Assembly (NCBI GenBank): GCA_022813865.1
Contig: JALDZX010000002.1
Coordinates: 682,001-746,000, forward strand
DNA: 64,000 bases
Source: Xylographa opegraphella
Taxonomy: Eukaryota
Direction of reading: 5' to 3'
Below are positions 59,183-64,000 of the stretch, piece after piece. The notes beneath the pieces were generated by a model, which did not search any database, had not been told where the DNA came from, and was given only the letters and a program-made list of their open reading frames with translations. The number at the start of each line of letters is the position of its first letter. The stretch's first letter is position 1. A program made the translations under genes and the position numbers.

Positions 59183-62100
59183 ATGGCGAACTACGAGGAT
59201 ACATACGATGATGGCTATCTCGAGGAGGAGGATGATACGAGTATCACGGCAGAAGACTGCTGGACGGTCATCTCCGCTTTCTTTGAGACAAAAGGCTTGG
59301 TTTCGCAGCAGTTGGATTCCTTCGACGAATTTGTCACCACCACAATGCAAGAGATGGTTGAGGAGAACTCGCTCTTGACTCTTGACCAGAATGCGCCTCA
59401 GACGGACGACGACACCGATCCAATAGTGTTGCGCCGGTACGAGATAAAATTTGGCTCAATTATGCTCTCGAAACCTGCGATGACCGAGGGAGATGGAAGC
59501 ACAGCAGCGATGAGCCCTGCCGAGGCTCGTCTTAGGAATCTCACATACTCGAGTCCCCTCTACTTGGAGATGACAAAGAAAGTGTCCGTTGCACGGGAGC
59601 GAGTCGCAGAAGTCAGTGATGATGGGATTGATGCTGAACATCCGAAGCAACCAGGGGAAACTTATCTCCATTGGGAGAACGAGGATGGCGGTGATGATGA
59701 TCAAGAGGTCATCAAAGTCTTCGTCGGGAAGCTGCCTATCATGCTCAAGTCCAAATATTGTTTGCTGGCAGATGTGATGGAGCGAGACTTACATCAATGG
59801 AATGAATGCCCGTACGATCAAGGAGGCTACTTTGTCATCAACGGAAGCGAAAAAGTCCTGATTGCGCAGGAACGCAGTGCCGGAAATATCGTGCAGGTCT
59901 TCAAAAAATCCGATGGGAAAGTACCGTTTGTCGCCGAGATTCGTAGCGCGGTTGAAAAGGGTTCCAGAATCATATCACAAATGCAGATCAAGCTACACTC
60001 CAAAGGTGAAGGCTCTAAAGGTGGACTTGGTCAAACAATCAAAGCTACGATTCCATACATTAAATCCGACATACCGATCGCCATCATCTTCCGGGCTCTT
60101 GGGGTGGTATCCGATGAAGATATTCTGAACCACATATGTTACGATCGAAACGACACACAGATGCTCGAGATGTTGAAGCCTTGCATTGAAGAAGCATTTG
60201 TCATTCAAGATCGAGAAGTTGCCTTGGATTTTATAAGCAAGCGTGGAAGCTCACAAGGTATCATTCGGGATAAACGCATAAAGTACGCGCGAGATATCAT
60301 GCAGAAAGAATTCCTGCCACATGTTTCTCAAGTGGAAGGTAGTGAAACACGGAAGGCATTCTTCTTAGGATATATGGTGCACCGCTTGCTTCAGGTCGCA
60401 CTGGGGCGACGAGAGCCTGATGACCGAGATCATTTTGGAAAGAAAAGGCTAGATCTGGCAGGACCCCTTATGGCTGGCTTATTTCGCAACTTGTTCAAGA
60501 AGCTCACAACGGACGTCTACAAATACTTGCAGAAGTGCGTTGAAAGTAATCGGGAATTCAACCTTACCCTGGGAGTCAAGTCTACCACTTTGACTAATGG
60601 CTTGAGGTACTCCCTAGCAACTGGTAATTGGGGAGACCAGAAGAAAGCGGCCTCATCGAAAGCGGGAGTATCACAAGTGCTCAACCGATATACGTTTGCC
60701 TCCACTCTCTCGCATCTCCGACGTACCAATACCCCCATTGGTCGGGATGGCAAGATTGCTAAACCACGACAGCTACACAATACGCATTGGGGCCTTGTGT
60801 GTCCAGCCGAAACACCCGAGGGCCAGGCCTGTGGATTGGTCAAAAATCTTGCGCTGATGTGCTACATTACGGTTGGAACACCTAGTGAGCCTATCATTGA
60901 CTTCATGATTCAGCGAAATATGGAGGTACTCGAAGAATATGAGCCTACAAGGTCACCAAATGCAACGAAGATCTTCGTCAATGGTGTTTGGGTGGGTGTC
61001 CACAGAAATCCTGCCCATCTAGTTAGCACCGTGCAATCCCTGAGAAGAAGGGGCCTGATTTCCCATGAAGTGAGTCTTGTCCGAGACATCAGAGACCGAG
61101 AGTTCAAAATCTTTACCGATGCTGGGCGGGTCTGCCGTCCGTTGTTCGTGATCGAAAATGATTCTAAAAGCGCCAACAAGGGGAGCTTGGTTCTTAACAA
61201 GGAACTGGTTAATAAATTGGAAGACGACAAAGAACTGCCTGCTGATATGGACCCGGACGAAAGAGCTCAGAAAGTCTTTGGCTGGAACGGACTGCTCAGT
61301 GCTGGAGCTGTCGAATTCCTTGACGCTGAGGAAGAGGAGACGGTAATGATATGCATGACACCAGAAGATCTCGAAATCTCTCGGCAGGTACAGCTTGGTT
61401 ACGCGGCGCCTGAGCCAAGCACCGATCTCAATGCGCGTGTGAAGGCTCCATTAGACATGAACGTCCACACTTGGACTCATTGTGAGATTCATCCCAGTAT
61501 GATTTTAGGGATTTGCGCAAGCATCATTCCATTCCCGGATCACAATCAGGTGCGTAGCCACATCTCATCATTTCATCATGACTGACATAGTATAGTCTCC
61601 TCGTAACACTTATCAATCGGCCATGGGTAAGCAAGCAATGGGTGTGTACCTCACTAGTTTTGATGAGCGCATGGACAACCAGTCGAATATTCTTTACTAT
61701 CCTCAAAAGCCTCTTGCTACAACAAGATCAATGGAATTCCTCAAATTCCGGGAACTTCCAGCGGGACAGAACGCAATTGTCGCTATTGCCTGTTATTCTG
61801 GCTACAACCAGGAAGATTCGGTAATCATGAATCAAAGTAGCATTGATCGTGGTTTGTTTCGAAGCCTGTTTTACCGAACCTACGTTGATCAAGAAAAGCG
61901 GGTCGGGCTAACCGTAGTGGAGCAATTCGAAAAGCCAATGAGGAGTGACACCCTCAAGCTGAAGCATGGCACTTACGATAAGCTAGACGAGGACGGTATC
62001 GTGGCTCCAGGTGTCCGCGTGTCAGGAGAGGATATCATCATTGGAAAAACCGCTCCCATTGCGCCAGACGCCGAAGAAATGGGACAGCGGACGAAGCTGC

Positions 62101-63051
62101 ACATCAAACGGGATGCCTCGACCCCGTTAAGATCAACTGAAAGCGGAATCGTCGACAAAGTCCTACTGACCACCAACTCCGAGGGGCTGCGATTCGTCAA
62201 AGTCCGTATGCGCACCACCAAAATCCCTCAGATTGGGGACAAGTTTGCCTCGCGTCATGGACAGAAAGGTACTATCGGCATTACATACCGCCAGGAGGAC
62301 ATGCCTTTTAGTGCGGAAGGTATCGTTCCCGACCTTATCATCAACCCACACGCCATTCCTTCGCGCATGACGATTGCGCATTTGATTGAATGTCAGCTCA
62401 GCAAAGTTTCGTCGCTTCGGGGGTTCGAGGGCGACGCAACCCCGTTCACGGAGGTCACTGTGGACTCGGTCTCCAGACTTCTCCGCGAACATGGCTACCA
62501 CTCTCGGGGGTTCGAAGTCATGTACAACGGGCACACCGGACGTAAGCTAGTAGCGCAGGTCTTCCTAGGACCTACATATTATCAGCGTCTACGGCACATG
62601 GTGGACGACAAAATACACGCTCGCGCTAGAGGTCCTGTGCAGATACTAACACGGCAACCGGTGGAGGGGCGAGCACGAGATGGTGGTCTACGATTCGGAG
62701 AGATGGAGCGTGACTGCATGATCTCCCACGGTGCAAGCGCTTTCTTGAAGGAGAGACTGTTCGAGGTGTCGGACGCTTTCAGGGTGCACATCTGCGATAT
62801 CTGCGGGCTGATGACCCCAGTGGCGTAAGTTCACCTCGCATGCCCCCCCCACCCCAACGGTCGATCTTGGGATGCTGATTGGTCACAGGAACCTCAAGAA
62901 GGCCTCGTTCGAATGCCGGCCGTGCAAGAACAAAACCAAGATCTCGCAAGTGCACATCCCGTACGCGGCCAAGCTGCTCTTCCAGGAGCTGGCGTCCATG
63001 AACATCGCTGCCAGGATGTACACGAAGCGATCGGGCATCACGGTCCGATAG
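59183..63051 (+). CDS. RPB2: RNA polymerase II second-largest subunit
   Basis: [63 protein letters not shown] and [11 protein letters not shown]; introns 61550-61595 and 62825-62888. Confidence 0.99.
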
Positions 63052-63852
63052 GCTGAACGTGTCGAGCGTTGCACACGACGACTTCTTGGCGGGGCCAGCC
63101 TCGCGAAGCCGAGGGCATGTCGGCGGGGAAGCCCCTGCGGGACTATCTTTATTGCTGTGGCGCACAGTCGGAGTTCTGCCTTGTATTTTTCGCCATGGCG
63201 GACGTGGATATCCGGGGATGAGCATCTCGAAGGATCTGTAGCATTGCGGCGGCGCCAGTGGGTCGGGTGATAGGTCCTGCATAACGGACGGGAAAGTTGG
63301 CTGGTTAAGGTAGGGGATGCCAGAAGAGGCTGACCGTGGTCACCCTGCACGTGTAATAGTAAGTAAGTAGCAAACAAGAGAGGCGGGTTCAGGATACGGA
63401 TTAGTGTGATAGCAGCGAAGAAAGATGGTCAGAGACTTTGGAAGAACGATGCCGTAGCGTGAAGGACGGTGGCATGGCTCTATTATCAATAAGGTAATGA
63501 GGGTGTGTTGTGCCTGTGCTCCGGAGCCCGTAAGCGCCGAGCAGAATATTGGCTACAGCTACGTAGTAAACATCCGCATGCCTTGATTGGGACGAGGGTG
63601 GCAGGTATTACCGCGCTAAGGTAAGTTATCGATAACCAAGTGCCATTAAGCCGTCCTAGTCCCATCTAGTTAGATCTCTACTGTAGTAGTGCTCGGATCG
63701 AAAAGGTCGCTAGTCTCGTGATTGGCTCCTCCCCGCATCCTTTAGCGTTCTCGGTCTCTGTTAGCGCGCTTTTAACCGCCCATCACATCGTCCGCCCTCC
63801 ACCCTCTTCCTCCCCTTCCCTCATCGTCAATTCGCCAATTCGCCAATTCGCC

Positions 63853-64000
63853 ATGATCTCCACCGTCACCGCATCCCGGCTGCCTGCTGGCAGCGACGAG
63901 GGTGAGCCAAACCGGGATCAATACGCGCCCACGGAATGCGGACTGGAGAGCACAAGCTGCAGAACATACATTGGTGTGCAGGCCACCACTGCACGGCCAG
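63853..64000 (+). CDS. Possible first exon of a gene running off the window
   Basis: Pyrimidine-rich leader, GCC ATG, MISTVTASRLPAGSDE, then a G|GTGAGC donor. Confidence 0.35.
   Translation, partial: MISTVTASRLPAGSDEGEPNRDQYAPTECGLESTSCRTYIGVQATTARP

Overview
Eukaryotic, intron-rich genomic DNA from a filamentous ascomycete (Pezizomycotina: GT-AG introns with CTRAC/CTAAC branch sites and a fungal-type RPB2; a lichen-forming lineage is possible but cannot be confirmed here). Recognisable genes: NCS1 purine-cytosine permease, M28 glutamate carboxypeptidase, malic enzyme, DUF1772 protein, ERD2-like receptor, Myb-like protein, secreted polyamine oxidase, a 957-aa coiled-coil membrane protein, dihydroxy-acid dehydratase, an alpha/beta-hydrolase-phosphatase fusion, RPS19, an MFS transporter and RPB2. 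I found no transposon, tRNA, rRNA or biosynthetic gene cluster. The best candidate for an undescribed system is a family of disordered proteins. One intact copy lies at 30-31 kb and a decaying minus-strand array of relatives lies at 45.8-53.8 kb. Between them they carry canonical PCNA-binding PIP boxes, an F-x-P-x-[ST]Q-[IV]ERE motif, acidic RPA-binding-like helices and repeated I/V-x-V-P-x-[ST]-P motifs, which suggests a replication/checkpoint adaptor. Other highlights: a three-way-junction RNA structure in RPS19 intron 1; a Cys/His microprotein with a DSGxxS degron; a tandem F-box pair with a microsatellite frameshift; a recurrent intergenic TACCTTA motif; and a possible non-AUG mitochondrial extension of the dehydratase. 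All gene models were read by eye; splice sites and functions are unverified.
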